From Saccostrea cucullata (Eukaryota), in contig NW_026938807.1 of assembly GCF_032062105.1 (NCBI RefSeq), positions 372,001 through 436,000 of the forward strand: a stretch of DNA of 64,000 nucleotides. The letters are read 5' to 3'. Positions 48,562 through 63,500 of the stretch are shown one piece after another. Made by a program: the position numbers and the translations under genes. The notes under the pieces are model-generated. The model was not told where the DNA came from. It worked only from the letters and a program-made list of their open reading frames with translations, and searched no databases. Numbering within the stretch: position 1 is the stretch's first letter; each line of letters begins with the position of its first letter.

Positions 48562-51500
48562 CTAATGCATTTCATTTGTCTCGGATTCTCGTAAACCTGA
48601 GGAAGCTTGCTGATTCTGTTTTGGTTGCATACAAGATCGAGCCACGGATTCAAACAACCTGAAAAAATATTACGACCATAATTAGTACAAAACTTTTTAT
48701 AATTAAGTTTCATCCAAGGACATCATGCATTCAAATATGTATCATTTTTTTAGTTTGTTTGCTTGAAACAGCATTTGAAAAACCAAAACTGTATATTACA
48801 GATGCTACTTTGTCTTCTCTTTATATCCAACACTTGCTTCTTTAAATCTTCCCAGAATCTCACATTTTTACTGATGAGTAATTGTTATGAAGAGGACAAC
48901 AACAAAACTATGTGGTACATACTTTTCTATTTCAGGTGCACAATGGACAAACTCATGGTTCCAGAACTTAAACTGGGGATTTTTGATCAGCTCAATAAAG
49001 GTGATGAGAAGTCCCCAGGGATGTGGCCGGTTTACAATTAGTCTCTCCAAAAGAACTCTACAATAAAAAGTTTTGCATTAACTACCGAAGCAAAAGACGT
49101 TAAAAAAATTTGAACTGTAAAGGTATGTTACACCCTGAATCAATACTGTTGGCAAACCAAGACGCTTGAATAAACATCAACTACAATATCAAACTCTTGA
49201 ATTATCAAGACGTGCCTTTGAATGAAATGGCTTGAAAAATATACCTAGTTATTTGCTCTTGAATGGCCTCGGTGTTTGCTTCAGCAAACAGGTACAGAAG
49301 AGTACAGCTGAAGTAATGGGTGTGACTGTTGGGATACCTCAGCTGGTTAGCAATGGCAGTCAAAAACAGGTAACGACCTACAAAAGTCAACAATAAAATT
49401 TACTTTCTTCTGTATTGTCAGTACTTTCTTGCTCACTGAACACTAAATGATGGAAAATTCTTTTCTTGTGACAAAAAAAATTCCATAAATTTAATGAGTA
49501 TCACAATCATTTTCTCCCAATATGAACACAACAGATTTATGCATTAAATACATGTCCATGAAGGACTTCAAATGACAGGCTGGTTTTACCTTCTGTATCT
49601 AAGGCCACAGCGAGGTTCTGGAAGATGTCCATGTGTGCAGAATGGGCAATTGTACTCATACTTGGAGTCAGGCCTTTTCCGTGTATGAACTGTATAGCTT
49701 GAGTTCCCACATAGAGCACTAAGGCATTCATTAGTTGAATGTTGTACCGCGTACCTGGCTCACTGGACTGTTGTAAAATATTACAGATAAAAACACAATG
49801 GAAGTTACAATGTCTCACGAATTGAAATACATAAACATATACAAACATCAAGAATCAGAATGGACTTTAGTACCTGTAGGTAACTTCTAAGGTCTGATAC
49901 AAATGTCACAGGTGATCTTGACTTTAAATAAGAGTCTAAATCCTGCAAAGAAAAGTAGACATTTCAAATCTAATGCCAGTTCTTCTGTAGTTCCTATTTC
50001 AATTAAGCATCTTTCACAAATTAATGTGGAATCATTTTAAGATGGTGAGCCAAATTTTAACTAGGTCATAGGGATACAAGTTCAAGGGTAGCTCTTACAT
50101 GCATACTTGCTTACACTATTGTTTTGTGCGGATGTGTCTTTATTGGTAAGGGTAATATTAAGCAAGGTTAGCCATATCTGCTTTCTAAGTTTCAGTATAA
50201 TATTTGACTTTACCAATGATAAATCATTTGTTAAATAACTACCTATATACTTAACACTTAAAACATAAATTCTTTGAACCCTACCTTCTTAAACTGAGCA
50301 GGCTGTATCTTGCTTGCAAAGTTGATGAGAATGCGGGGTGGATTTGAGATGTCTGCCAGCATGTCTACCTTTAGGTGAGGTGTAAACGGGTCAGGAAGCC
50401 GCATGTTACGAGGGAAAGCACTCAGAATTAAATTACGCATCTGAACACAGTTTGGTGGAATGACATCACAGAATCCATAATGGTAATCACAGAGGAATTC
50501 TGGGAAGTCATGAAGCAAGACCAGTAACACCCGAAGTGTGCCCTAAAACATTCAAAACATTGAAATCATAATTCAAAATGACCTGCAAAAAATTAACACA
50601 ACTTTCATAAAAGGTACCAATCATATTTACACTAACATGTATGGTGACTTTTTATGCAATGATTTATGTTTGACATAAACTTAGAGATACAAGTTCTTCG
50701 ATGAAAAATCTTTTGAGGCTAATATCTCAATTAAAAGACAGGGTTTATAAAAGACTCTTGCTTAAACAGGTCCCTGTGAAATTGTTTAAAATATATAAGT
50801 GCATATAGCAGAAGTATCCATCTAATACAATAAATTACCTTGTACAACATCTGAGTGGGTTTAGTGAGATCAGCATTTCTCAGAAATGGAGCCAAGAACT
50901 TGAACAAATCAATCAACAACTGGGCATACATTCCCCATCCCTACAAAAATATATACAACTCATATTTCAGCAGCCTTACCATCTAAGCCATTTTTGTTAC
51001 AGTAGAATTCATTTACTTGAATGTAAAATGCATAGAAAATCTGTACGCATTTATGTCAAAGTTTCAGATACTCAGTATGCATTTTATGTCAAAGCATCAA
51101 AAACTAACTTTCTGTTGAGGTGTCAGAGCAAGCATTCGACCAATGAAGACACGATGAGAAATAAACTCCAACCATGCGTAGGAAAATCCAGGGGATTTGG
51201 CAGGTCTTAACACGTGGAAAGTATTGCTACAAAGAAAAGTTCATCTTTATATATCATTTAAGACACATATATATAAACTTACATATAAATTAAATAAACA
51301 ATGTAATCCAGTAAAATGAACTGGCCAGTGACCACTGTCTTTGACAATCCTTGGATGTTCTTACCAGAATGCGGTGAGGACCTGATAGTTAATGTTTTCT
51401 AGGATATGTTCTGGTGCGTTCAGCTCAATGAAGAGCATGATGAAGATCCTGTGATAAGGAAGTTGTTGGAATTCAGACATCCTCACGATGTGATCCTGTA

Positions 51501-54500
51501 GTAGAACTCCGGCCACAATCCCTAGTACCTACAGTAGCAATGCAATGGTTTAACATTAAATTACATGTAGCTTCTCTATACCAAACATTATCAATATAAA
51601 TGTACATGTACTTTGGTTCTAGGAGGTCTAAGAGAGTTGTTCTACAATATACATTTTTTAAATCTCTCTTTATTATTTTAAGAAATAAACATGTTAATGA
51701 ATTTTTAACAATTTCTCTCTATAATTAGCATTACAAACCAAGATTTCAGCCCGTAGCCATACCTTGTTGAGGAGATTTATTTTTGTTACGGTGTTGGCAT
51801 TGTCTCCTGAGTGTTTAATCAACAAGGCAATGAGGCGGACAAAGGCATCCAGCGTGTAGAAACACTTGGCTCTGATTAAGGCCTGGTTTGTGGAGGGTGT
51901 AGCTTCACCCATGGCTCTGTAGCACAGGTCTACACACATCTCAGAGCAGAGACGGAAGAATCGCGTTATCACATCATCATTCTTCAGTATACCCTGCTGG
52001 TGCATCTAAAACACAAGAAAAGAAAGCCTTCAGTCAAGTAAAAAATAGCCATTTAAACACCAACCAGATGTCTCCTATGTGACTGTACTTGAAAAAATAC
52101 TTGCTCCTTGACTTGAAATAGAATTTGTCTAATCTAGACACCACTGGTAAAATAGAAATAAGCCAGATTGGACAAAATTCTGAATTACAAAATTTTAAAC
52201 CTGGATGTACTGAGAGGGACTTAAGTTTAAATCATATAAGGAAAGGTTTCAGAGAATATCACATAAAGATTTAACAAGTTGTACTAACTTTTCTTTCATA
52301 AAACATACCATTTCTTAATACATTATATGAATAATGAATATCCACAAAATGTTCTTTAAAATGCACCTATATATAAAAAAAACTTGATTACCTGTTGTAC
52401 AAATGCAGTGAATGCTTTAGTACTGTCCCTCCCAGCAGCAGGGGAGTGGTACATATTGACCCACTCCCTGAGGAGGTACTCGGCTTTCTCGTGAAGCCCC
52501 GGGGGATCCCCATCTATGTCCCTGGCCTGTATGATCCCCGTGTGCATCATTCCCGAGGCAGCTTTAAAAGCCGCAGTCTGGTCCATTAGGTTGAAGTCCG
52601 AGCTAGGAGCGGTCCCACTGCCACTGTTACTGCTTCCTCCCCCACTCGTGGAGCGCAGGTTGTCCAGCAGGGTCTGTAATCTGTTGATGAAAAATATACA
52701 TGTAGTTATACAATCATTTCATACATGTATAGGTAAACAAACAAACACTTGTTTTTAATCAGTATTTTAACAGAAAACTTCAATATAAATAAATATTTTA
52801 ATTAATTGAAATAGAATTTCAAAGGTGTCAAGTATAAAATATCAACAATATTTTTTTTAGTATAAATGCATATAAAGATAGATCTCATCTACATATTTCA
52901 ATCTAAATATATATATTTGTCTTACCCTTCCGGTGGGTTAATGGACCGGGTTGAGAGGGCACTCAAAACCTCTATTGTATTTACAAAGTCAGCCTGCAAA
53001 TAAAAAAATCATACAATTTACACAAATCAATTTGCTGTTTATATGATAGAAATGACAAATTTACACAAATCAGATTGCTGTTTAGATGATAGAAATGACA
53101 AAGTCAAACACAGCGTAATAATAACCCACCTCAGTAAGTCCAGCATTATTTTTATCACCAATGCAGTATCTCTGAATTAACTGCATAGCGAAAGCCACGG
53201 CCATGTAATTCATTCCGTTTTCCATCAGTTGTACTATGTACATGTCATACTGGGACAGAACCACCAGCTGGCTACGAATGAGACAATCCAGAGCTTCCAA
53301 GTTATACTTGGGTTCATCCGTACGCTCAACGAGAGCTCGAGTCACCTGCTTCTTAAGCCAAGCCTGGCCGTACGCCCGGGATTCTCTTAAGCATTTTAGA
53401 ACCAGAAGGTGGCAGTCACGGAAGTGACTCATCAGCTCCTGTTCCGTGGTATTGTTGGTGTAGAATTCCAGGAATCCACTCACCGTCTTCTGCACCAGAG
53501 TCTCTATGGAAGCCATTTCTCTACTACTTCGTGAAAACATTACTGCATCTAGTAATTTTCGCAACTGGTTTCCTAGAGGATTCGATGGGGGGATCATCAT
53601 TGTTTGAAGCACTTGTTCAATTTCCATTCCTATCTTCTCCAACATTTGAGAAATTTCATCTGGCTGGACCTAAAACAAACATTCAGACATGCATCTACAA
53701 ATTCAGAAATACTCTACATGCATTGACATTATTGCAGTGATTTAAAAAATTTAGTATGAAAGTTGACCTGGACTTTCCAGTACACATATTGGTAGACTTC
53801 TATGTCAAAGCTTAGCCCACTAGAGACTGTGCAACAATTTGGATCTTGCTTAGGAACACAAACAGAAAATGTATGATAAGGAACTCCTTAGTGTACTTCA
53901 AAATCTATTTGACTTACAGGTGTGGGTTTGGCCACAACAGCCTGCGGCGTCTCACTGGTTGGGAGAAATCCAGGAATATTGTGAGCAAACTCCTCATAAA
54001 CTGATATTTGAGCTTGAGTTACACCTCCAACCTGTTGATCAAGAAAATAAACATATTTTTCATGATTATTAAGCTACACATCTTTATCTATTTTCAAAAA
54101 TAGAAATATTTTGTCACTGCACCTTTCAGCATCATCAGCTGGATAAGTTCAGCTACCTTTCTGAGATTACCTTTAGTCTGATCTGCTCTGGCATTCTTTC
54201 AGCTTGGTACGTCAGAACCCCAGGATCACAGTAACGTCTGCCTTCATTACGGGCATGTTTACGAAGTTCATATTCCTAGAAAGAAGAATAAAACCCATAC
54301 AGATGTGCACCAGAACTTCTGTATACATGTACATATATAACAATAGAGAATGTTCTCATATACTAATTATTTAATAATCATTGTATTGCAGTTTGGAACC
54401 ACACACATGTATAAATTCATGTGTACATTTATAATGCAGCTTTAGTAGCTTAGAATGGGAAAAAAAATTGTAACAAAAATGATTGAACTTTGGTTCATTT

Positions 54501-57500
54501 TCAGTTTTCCTAGCTATTTAGACAGAGGACTCTGTTAATAAGCGCAGTATCCATGATTTTCTTTCAATACAGGAGCTTAAAAATAGAGACGAGTATCTTA
54601 CTGTAGCAAGCCTCTTGTCCATTTCTGGGATAGCCCTCTCTACAGCTGTTTTCTGTATGAAGACACAGGCTAACTCAGCATTGTCAGTGGCCAGGACAGT
54701 AGCTGCTTGTTCTATGGCATCCTTCTCCTGAGTACTTGCTAACTGTATATCAATGATTTAAGATTTAGGATATAATATAATGAAATATGGCTGATATATT
54801 GCCAAATCGGCATAAAACATTAGCAATCAGTCAATCAATCCATCATAAAAACAACAATTTTAGTGGGGATTAATTGTCCTTGTTTTCCCGGTTTGCAGAC
54901 CCTACACCTGTCCTCCATGAAATATTAAATGTCAAACTACACTATCGCATCTCTTATCACAAAACAAAATCTCCATTGTTTAACCACAAAATAAAATCTC
55001 CATGAACCAATACTTTTTTCCTCAAATCTTAAGACCCCACAAAAATATGTGTTTTTAAAATATGCAATTAATGAGATTTCCATAATTATAATAATTATGA
55101 AGAGTAGTATTTCAGTTGGACTGCATTGCATAAGGAAATAAACACAAGACTGTTAATTTCAGTGGTTACTTTAAATAAATAGCATGTTAAATAAAAAAAT
55201 CATAAATGTTGTGAAGATACAGGTAAATTTAGGAATGCATTTCATTTATGAATTTTTATAAGGATATGACTAGACACTTTCATCCAAACATTTTTTCCAT
55301 GAATTACAAATGCACATATGAAATATTTCTGGGTGAATATCTGGTCATACATTTATACAAAATGAACAGATATGTCATCAGACTTCATCTTGATATTACC
55401 TCTGCTGTGAGTCTGAGTGCACTCATAAATGCGGTTCTGAGATTTGAGGCAATGCTGTGGTACAGAGGTTCCCTGGAGGTGATGAGAGCGAGGGCAGAGG
55501 TCATGTTCCTTATCATGATGTGAGCTGCTGCCCGCATTCTGGTTTCCTCAGGGTCCAATGCAAAATCCTGTAAGGTCACATTTCAAAATTCAATCAAAAT
55601 AACCTTTTTATTTCAAAAAGAACTTTATTTCTCAGTCAGAGTGATGATGAAAGAAACAAAATTGCACCTTTTTGATGATTTGTTCACATGTGGTGAGTGT
55701 GATTTTGTTTGTCCGTTCTACCACTGGTGGCATCAGTTCTTGTACAGACTTCTCAACTGCCATCTTCACCAGCTGCTTCAGTTGTGGATGATTTTGCAAC
55801 AATCCAAGCTACAAGACAGAAACATCAATATTCAATGTTTCTTATTGATCATTTAGCATATTGTATTGTATAGACATCAATTATATGTTTTCAACAAAGA
55901 ATACAAGATTTGCTTATCAGGGTATAAACTCTATTACTTACACTTTTCAGCTTATCCTGTAATTGTTAATTACATGTATTTCAAATTCACTATTTTGCTC
56001 CTAATCTTTTCTTCCATCAAGTAAAATCTTGTTTCACCTACCTGCCCACTTATGTGAATCTGGTAAGCCAAAGTAGCAAAGTTGTTGGTGTTGATCTCCT
56101 CGTAGGCAAACTGGGGCCTGGGTGGCAGATTGGGGGTCCCAGTGGAGGGGGCAGGGGCCGGGGCCGCTGTCGTCGTGGTGACAGTGGTGGTGGTGCTGAC
56201 AGTCGGGGTGGAGGCTGTCAGGATCAGGGACGGTTCAGGCTGGGGGGTCACCACTGTAGGTGGCAGCGTGGGTTTCACCGATGCAGACAATTGAGGTTCA
56301 TGGGTCTGTAGTCTCAGGGTGTCTTTCAAGTAGTTTCCTGGTTTCAGCTCCTTTAACAATAAAGACGGATTTTTAAACAGTTTTTCCCAAATAATGAACT
56401 TGAGATAATTGTATAAAAGCAGCAAAATGAAGTGAATGTAATGATTAATTTTTTTTTAATACCAACACTCACCGATAAGTCTATATTCAGAGTCTTACAT
56501 AGCACTTCTATTTCAAATTTCAGGTTCAGTTTGAGATCTGGCTCTTGATGAAGTTCTGCCAGTGCATTCATGATGGCCATGGTCCAGGGATTTGGGGGTT
56601 TAAAAACCTGTAAATGATTATCATTGAGAACATAATGTAGAGAAATTCTTTGAATGAGCATATCCACCTGGATTCCATGGTGTAAATACTTGAAACGAAA
56701 AGTACATACCTTGCTTTTAGCACACGACTCCAGAACTTTGGCAGTAAAAGGTACAACATACAACAATTCTCGAAAGCTTTTATGGTAGGCCTCGTACAGT
56801 AGACCTTTCAGATCTATGTCCTGCAATAAAGTCACAGGTAAGTTAAGTTCTATGACTGGCCGTATACAATCATGTAGTATTTAGAAAATTCACTACCGAG
56901 ACATTGTTGACTTACTATTTGCAGGATTGGCTTATTTTTAGCTAAGGTTAACATCCCCAGCCAATGACCTAAATTTTTCAGCAGTGTTCTGTCTGAGAAA
57001 TTGGCATCTCCTTTGTCACTCCTCAATAAAACCTGGGGGATAATAACATACATACAACTCATGACAAAACTGTTAGGAAATATAACTTTACAGAATGAGT
57101 ATTGATTAACTTTACGTAGGTATTATCATAGTATAGCAATTAAGATTATGAATGGTACATTTAAGCTTTTTCATGTTTTCTTTGTTCACCGGCAAGTTCC
57201 CTGAAGAACTAAATACTACATTCATTCAAACACTTACCCTGATATTTCTGAAGGTCTCTCTAGTCACCATTGTTGAAAGCTTTGGGATGTTCAAGGCATC
57301 CACAAAGTTGGCATATAAGGTGTGGAAGTTAGGCTCTATACTGGCCCTCTTCATCACCAGATACTGGGCTGCCCAGGGTAGGTAGTCCTCTGTTACCTCT
57401 TTCTTAAACTCCTCTGCCTGTTATCAAAACAATATCAATGAAATATGAATCCAAAATGCATTTGACAACATAACTTCAATAACAGAATAAAGTGCCCCGC

Positions 57501-60500
57501 CACAGCATGATACGCCCGTCAAATATATTGTTCAATAATCATAAATTGGTAAAGGTGCAAAAAAATCAAATAACCTTGATTAACAGATTGACACAGATTT
57601 CAATGATCTAATTTCAATTTCTTATCATGTTTAAAATATTGTACATATATACATCTCTAAGAGACTTACAGTGTAGGGATTAATTATAACAAATAATACA
57701 TCATATAATTCTAAACTGGCTGTGTTAGAACTTAACAAATATCCATCTGCAGCTTTAAATTGTTAATTGCATAATTTTCTGGAATAATGGAAATGCTACA
57801 GTCTAACAAAAAAATCAAAAATACATTATTCTTTAGACTATAAAATTCTAAGTGAGACATGACTGCAATTTGTTGCAAATATATAAAAATTGAAATGTAA
57901 TTTTTTTTCAATGAACACATGTATAATTAGTTTTAATTATATTATACAATACTAATTTAGTTTTAATCATACACTAAAACATCAATTTGTTTTAATTACA
58001 TTACACTAATTGAAAGATCTTTATCTCGGCTATTGCCATCAAGAACTCTTAATTAACACAAGCAACTATGAGGCCATTTCTTTTTGCCCAACTCCCAAGA
58101 GATAACAGCTGAATTAACAGAGATGCTCTTAGACAACCAGTTAACTCCTGACAATAAACTCATTAATTTCTCTCTAATTTGACATGCAATTTCTGCTATC
58201 AAAATTTTTCTTAACCAGTGCTTGATAATTATTCCCATGGGACAAACTGAATTCCTCTCAAAACATTAACATTTGCTACAGTTTGCTGTAAAAGTACATT
58301 ATAATGATGAAAAAAATAAGTTTTTACTTAATTTAACATTTTTTAATAAGGCTTAGTTTTAATTATATTATGCAATATTAATTTAGTTTTTATTATACAC
58401 TGTATTTTAAAGCATCAATTTGTTTCAATTACATTACACCAATTGAAAGATCTTTTTCTGAACTAGCCATCAAGAACTCTTAATTAACACAAGCAACTAT
58501 GAGGCCATTTCTTTTTGCCCAACTCCCAAGAGATTAAAGATAAAGATAACAGCTGCATTATAAGAGATCTGCACTACCAGTCCAGCTCCTGACAATAAAC
58601 TCATTAATTCTCTCTAATTTGACATGCGAATTTCTGCTATCAAAATTCTTCTTGACCAGTGTTTGATAATTATGCCCATGGGACAAACTGAATTCCTCTC
58701 AAAACATTAACATTTGTTACAGATTGCTGTAAAGTATATAATGAAAAAATAAGTTTTTACTTGATTTAACATTTTTAAATAAGGATACAACTATATTTTT
58801 ACATTTTTTAGGATTATGAAATTTAAAATTTTAAAGACTTAGTTTTTTTAAAAAAATTCACTTAAAATTAAGGTCACAGTGACCTTGAAATAGGCCGCGA
58901 CACACCTTCTACCTTAGATGTATAATTTTGCCAAGTTTGAAAGCTCTAGGTCTAATAGTTTTCTAGTTATGAGCCGGACAGGATTTTTCCATATTTGGCC
59001 ATAGCATCTTTATTAAAGGTCACAGCGACCTACTTTTCGTGCATAACACACCGTCTACCCAAGAAGTATCAACTCTCAAAGTTTGATAATCCTAGGTCTA
59101 ATAGTATTCAAGTTATGAGCCGGACACGAATGGACAGACGGACAGACGGACGGACGGACATGAAGCCTATAACATAATACGTCCCGTCTTAAGACGGGCG
59201 TATAAAAACGTTTATGCATAAAAACTTATTTTGTAGAACTACACTTTTATTTGACACTTTCAATTTTTCCTCCATACCTTCTGTGACATGTTGGCCAGTG
59301 AGAGATTGTTGAAGATAAAGAAGACTTTGTCCTGAACTGCCTCCGGGGGAACAGAAAACTCTTCCTTCCCTTGACCAGCCAGCAGGGTATCAATATTTGT
59401 AGCACTTGCAATGGAGGGCTGTGGAAATTCAGTGACCTTTGTTAAATCTTATAGTATGAAGACAGAAATATTAATATTCTGTTTTTACGTTAAAAAAAAA
59501 AGAAGCTCTCAATTTCAAAACTGTTTATCATGAGTACCTTTACATTTTTTATTTTTTACCTACAAGAATACAAACTGATTTTCAAAACAAAAAGAAAGAA
59601 CCAGTAAACCTACCAGACCTACACAAAGCCTGATATTACCTTTGGTAGGGGTTTGGCTGCTGGTGTTGAGGAGGGGATAGGTGTGGACACGGTGGTGGTG
59701 GGAACTCCCTCCTGACTAGATCCTGCCACACTGGGTGTGGGGGGCCCAGCCTGCTGCATCAAACCCAGAGGTCCGGTCTGCAGGCTGGTGAGACCCAGCC
59801 CCCCGACTGTGGGGGTAATACTGCGGGTTGCTGGAGGCTGCTGAGGGGGCTCCTGGGACTGGGCTCCATACTTCACATACTAAAATAAACAAAACCACCA
59901 TTAAAAGTGTACAGATACTGATGCTAAAGATGAATGATTATTGGTATTACTGAACATGAAGCAAGTAAGTCAATTTATTCCTGTGAAATCATAAATTTTT
60001 GTAGGGGTATAATTTTCATTGTTTTTAAGATATGAAGAAACCCATGAATTCATGTCCACCACAAAATGTCAAGTGTAATAAATACAGAACTTCTCAACAA
60101 TTATTACATTCCCAATGACCAAGAGTTTTTTTGTCAAACCTCGGAAAATTGGACTCCACCAAAATATGTGATTTTAGAGTCTATTTCTGATCAGATAGAG
60201 AAGATAATGTTTAATTGCAGATATCACATTTTTACCTCAATAAGATGCTGTGGAAATTGGAGAAAATGTGGAATAGCTGCCAGATGTTGACAATACTGAG
60301 GGTAATCTTTTAATCTGAAAAGCAGAGCACTCATGAAGTCTCTTATATCTAAATTAAGAATATACTGTAGAAACAAAGAATTTATATTCTGCATGCTTCC
60401 TTCCTAACACACCTTGTTTTAAATCTGTCTAATGCCGCAATTCCAAAGAAATACATCTTAGAATTGTGCTGCTTCTTCAATGCCTCCAATACATATCTCA

Positions 60501-63500
60501 GAGCGATTCCCAATGCCATGTACCTAGTAAATATCAATTTGTTTAGCTTAGGTATTTCAAGATTAAGTATCAAAAGAAATTATTAAATACATAAATTTAT
60601 GCAAAGTACTTGTACATATTAACATGCAGACATAATCTATCAAATGTATATACATGTATCATCACCATATCTTTTGCTTCGAAAGAGTGGCAAAAAAAAG
60701 AACAGGAAAGAATTTTTTCCCCTGCAATTCACCTAAAGTAACTGCGAGACACAGTGATAACATTTTAAATCTTGCCTCTATAAGAAGGAAATATTATTAA
60801 TTCTCTAACCTCTGTAGTCAAGAAACAATGTATCTTACGTTGCTAATCCCTTTTCAATGATCCCTCCAAACAGCACTGCTGTTGTGTGTAGCTCTCTCTC
60901 CGGGTACTGAGGGAAAAATCTGTACTCCTCAAACAGGTTCCTTAGCATACACTCGTACACATCCTACAAATAACAATAAAAATCTGTACTCCTCAAACAG
61001 GTTCCTTAGCATACACTCGTACACATCCTACAAATAGCAAGCACTGTAGAGAAACTCTATATATTCTGGATTTTCTTTTCAAAATGCTTTCTTCATTTAT
61101 TTACATGTAACATAATTATAACTTCAATTTTAATTTATTTTGATATCCTTAATTACCCACTGTTGAACCATTAACTTTTATCGACAGTCTAGTGAGTCTA
61201 CATTTAGTGCTGATAACCTATCCATTTACACATGTAGCTATTACTGACAGCAAAAACCTAAACTATAATAAATTAAACAAAACTGACCTTTTCTTTTTTG
61301 TCTGGAGAATCTTTGAATCTCTTCAACATGTCTAGCACTTCATCAATTGACATTGTAGGTGTTGGGGGTTGGTTATAAATCCTCTGAAAGTAAGAGTTTG
61401 CTTCATCCTCCACCTCTTTGGAAAACTGCTGCTGAATATCTGGGAATATACTGGATATGTCTCCCGTTGTCTGTCCTACTATACAATTGAAAGAAAATTA
61501 ACATATTAGTATCACTTTAAAATCATTGTAGTATAAATGAAAACAAAAATTTAGGATCAATGGGTTTTTTTTTTTTTGCAATGTTTAAAATTTTATGAGA
61601 CAATAAACTAATTCAAAAGACATATAATTTATTTTTATACAGAAATTCTGAAGATCATTTTAAGGATAAAAACTTCTGTATTAAATTTTTAAAAACATTT
61701 TTACTTCAAGTAAAAGCAAATTCCAAACTATACATGTAGACCAATGCTATTCTACTTAATCAAAACTAATGACTATTGATAATAAATGTAAGTAATGACT
61801 GTACCAGAGAACTGACCGGGTCTGGCCACAGTCTGGGGCCCCAGGGGCTGTTGTTGGCCCAGGGTGGGGGGTGTGGGCTGCTGAGGGGGTGCTCCCTGTG
61901 GGGGTGTGGGCTTTAGCATGGTCTGTCCCACTAGTGTGTTGATTCCTGGATTTCTTGGGGGTGCCAGAGGATTTGGAATGGAAAGAGCTGCAAAGAATTG
62001 GCCAATCTCAAATTATTTGATATGAATAACAGATTATCAATGCATAAGAACTGTAGGGCAATTAAAATCAGGATCACAGTTTTCACTAGAGCTTACACTG
62101 AAGCTGTGATGTTATGCCCTGCAGTCCTGTGACAGATGTGGGCTGTGAGATCTGCTGGAATCCCGGCTTGGCTGGGGACCCTGGGGTCGTGGTGGAGGTC
62201 AGGGGAGCGGCTAGTCCCTGGGGAAACCCCGAATTCCCCACAGCACTCATGCTCCAGGACTTGGGAATTCCTAGAGGATTGCTCATATTGCTCTCACCGA
62301 TATCCAACTAAAAATACACAAAGAATAGCTAATTGACATTTCTTTTAAAATGCAGTAAATATACACTGTACTTGATTATGAAAATTGTCCTTAATTTGAA
62401 GTTTTTGATAAATTTTAACATTTTATGACACTTGGCATTTATAGTTTTAATCAAACAATTAACCTCTTCCTTCTGGATACCTACTTACTAAAGTATTGAA
62501 TATTATTAAAACTATTCCAAGTTCAACAAAATGAGACTTACAGGATTACTGGGAGGTGGGGGCATGGTTTTGGGTCCCGGTCCAACAACTCCTGGAGGGG
62601 CCTGTCTGGCTTTGTTTATAATCATTGCGGCATTAGTTACCATGGTTACAATGGCTTCTGACAGTTCCTGGGATACTTGACTGTAAAATACAAGGGCACA
62701 TATGACAGGTAACGTGGGTAAAACTATTATAATCAGTTTCTGTTAATCATCTTTTACTATCACAATAAATTTCTCTTTTTATATTAAACAATCTGGGTAT
62801 TTGCCATGCAGGGAAAAGAAGCAGTCTTGGCCATATACATATAATTGTAAAATGTGTGTCAACCAAATGAGCAAATATTTCAGGTTTTAATTATGAAGCT
62901 TCTTCAGTCACTTTCACTTTTCCCATTAACCCCCGAAATGAAAAATCTACTACCTTCTAAGACTACTGATCCTGAAACAAGATTAAATATGTATGAGGTA
63001 TGACTATTTGTTACTGGTATAATGGTTACAGACTCTTTTTACCAGTGAAGTTCTATCTTTAGTACCTAGCACACTGCTGGAGACAGGATAACATGGTGGC
63101 TATAGTTTCTGTTGGTAACATCTGACTCTTTATCTGAGGCTGGTTCTCGTCTTTACTGAGTCCCCCCACCAGCTGAGGACATCTACGCTTCAGGAAATTC
63201 ACACAAGTCTGGATAAAGGGCTCCTGAAAACATCAAATGCAGCAATCAACAAAATAACTTACTTTATTACTAGAAAAACATGATTCAGCAGCCTATCCCC
63301 AAAGCTGAATTGTTGGAAAATAATATACCGGTACATGATAGAAGGAACACAGTAACAGATTTTACAGCTATAGCACTTACCCCATGTTCTCTGATCTTGT
63401 CAGAGAGCCACTTGTCCAGTTTGAGGTATTCTCGTCTGGAGGCCAAACATGCAAGGTCAATCACAAAGGCAAAGGGAGTGGCATTCAGCAGCATCGATAA

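Noticed and set aside
49900-55400. Intronic H/ACA snoRNAs, as hosted by vertebrate CNOT1
   Set aside because: Hairpins exist (~50105-50166, 52120-52180) but I could not identify a proper H box/ACA two-hairpin layout by eye. Needs Infernal or snoReport.
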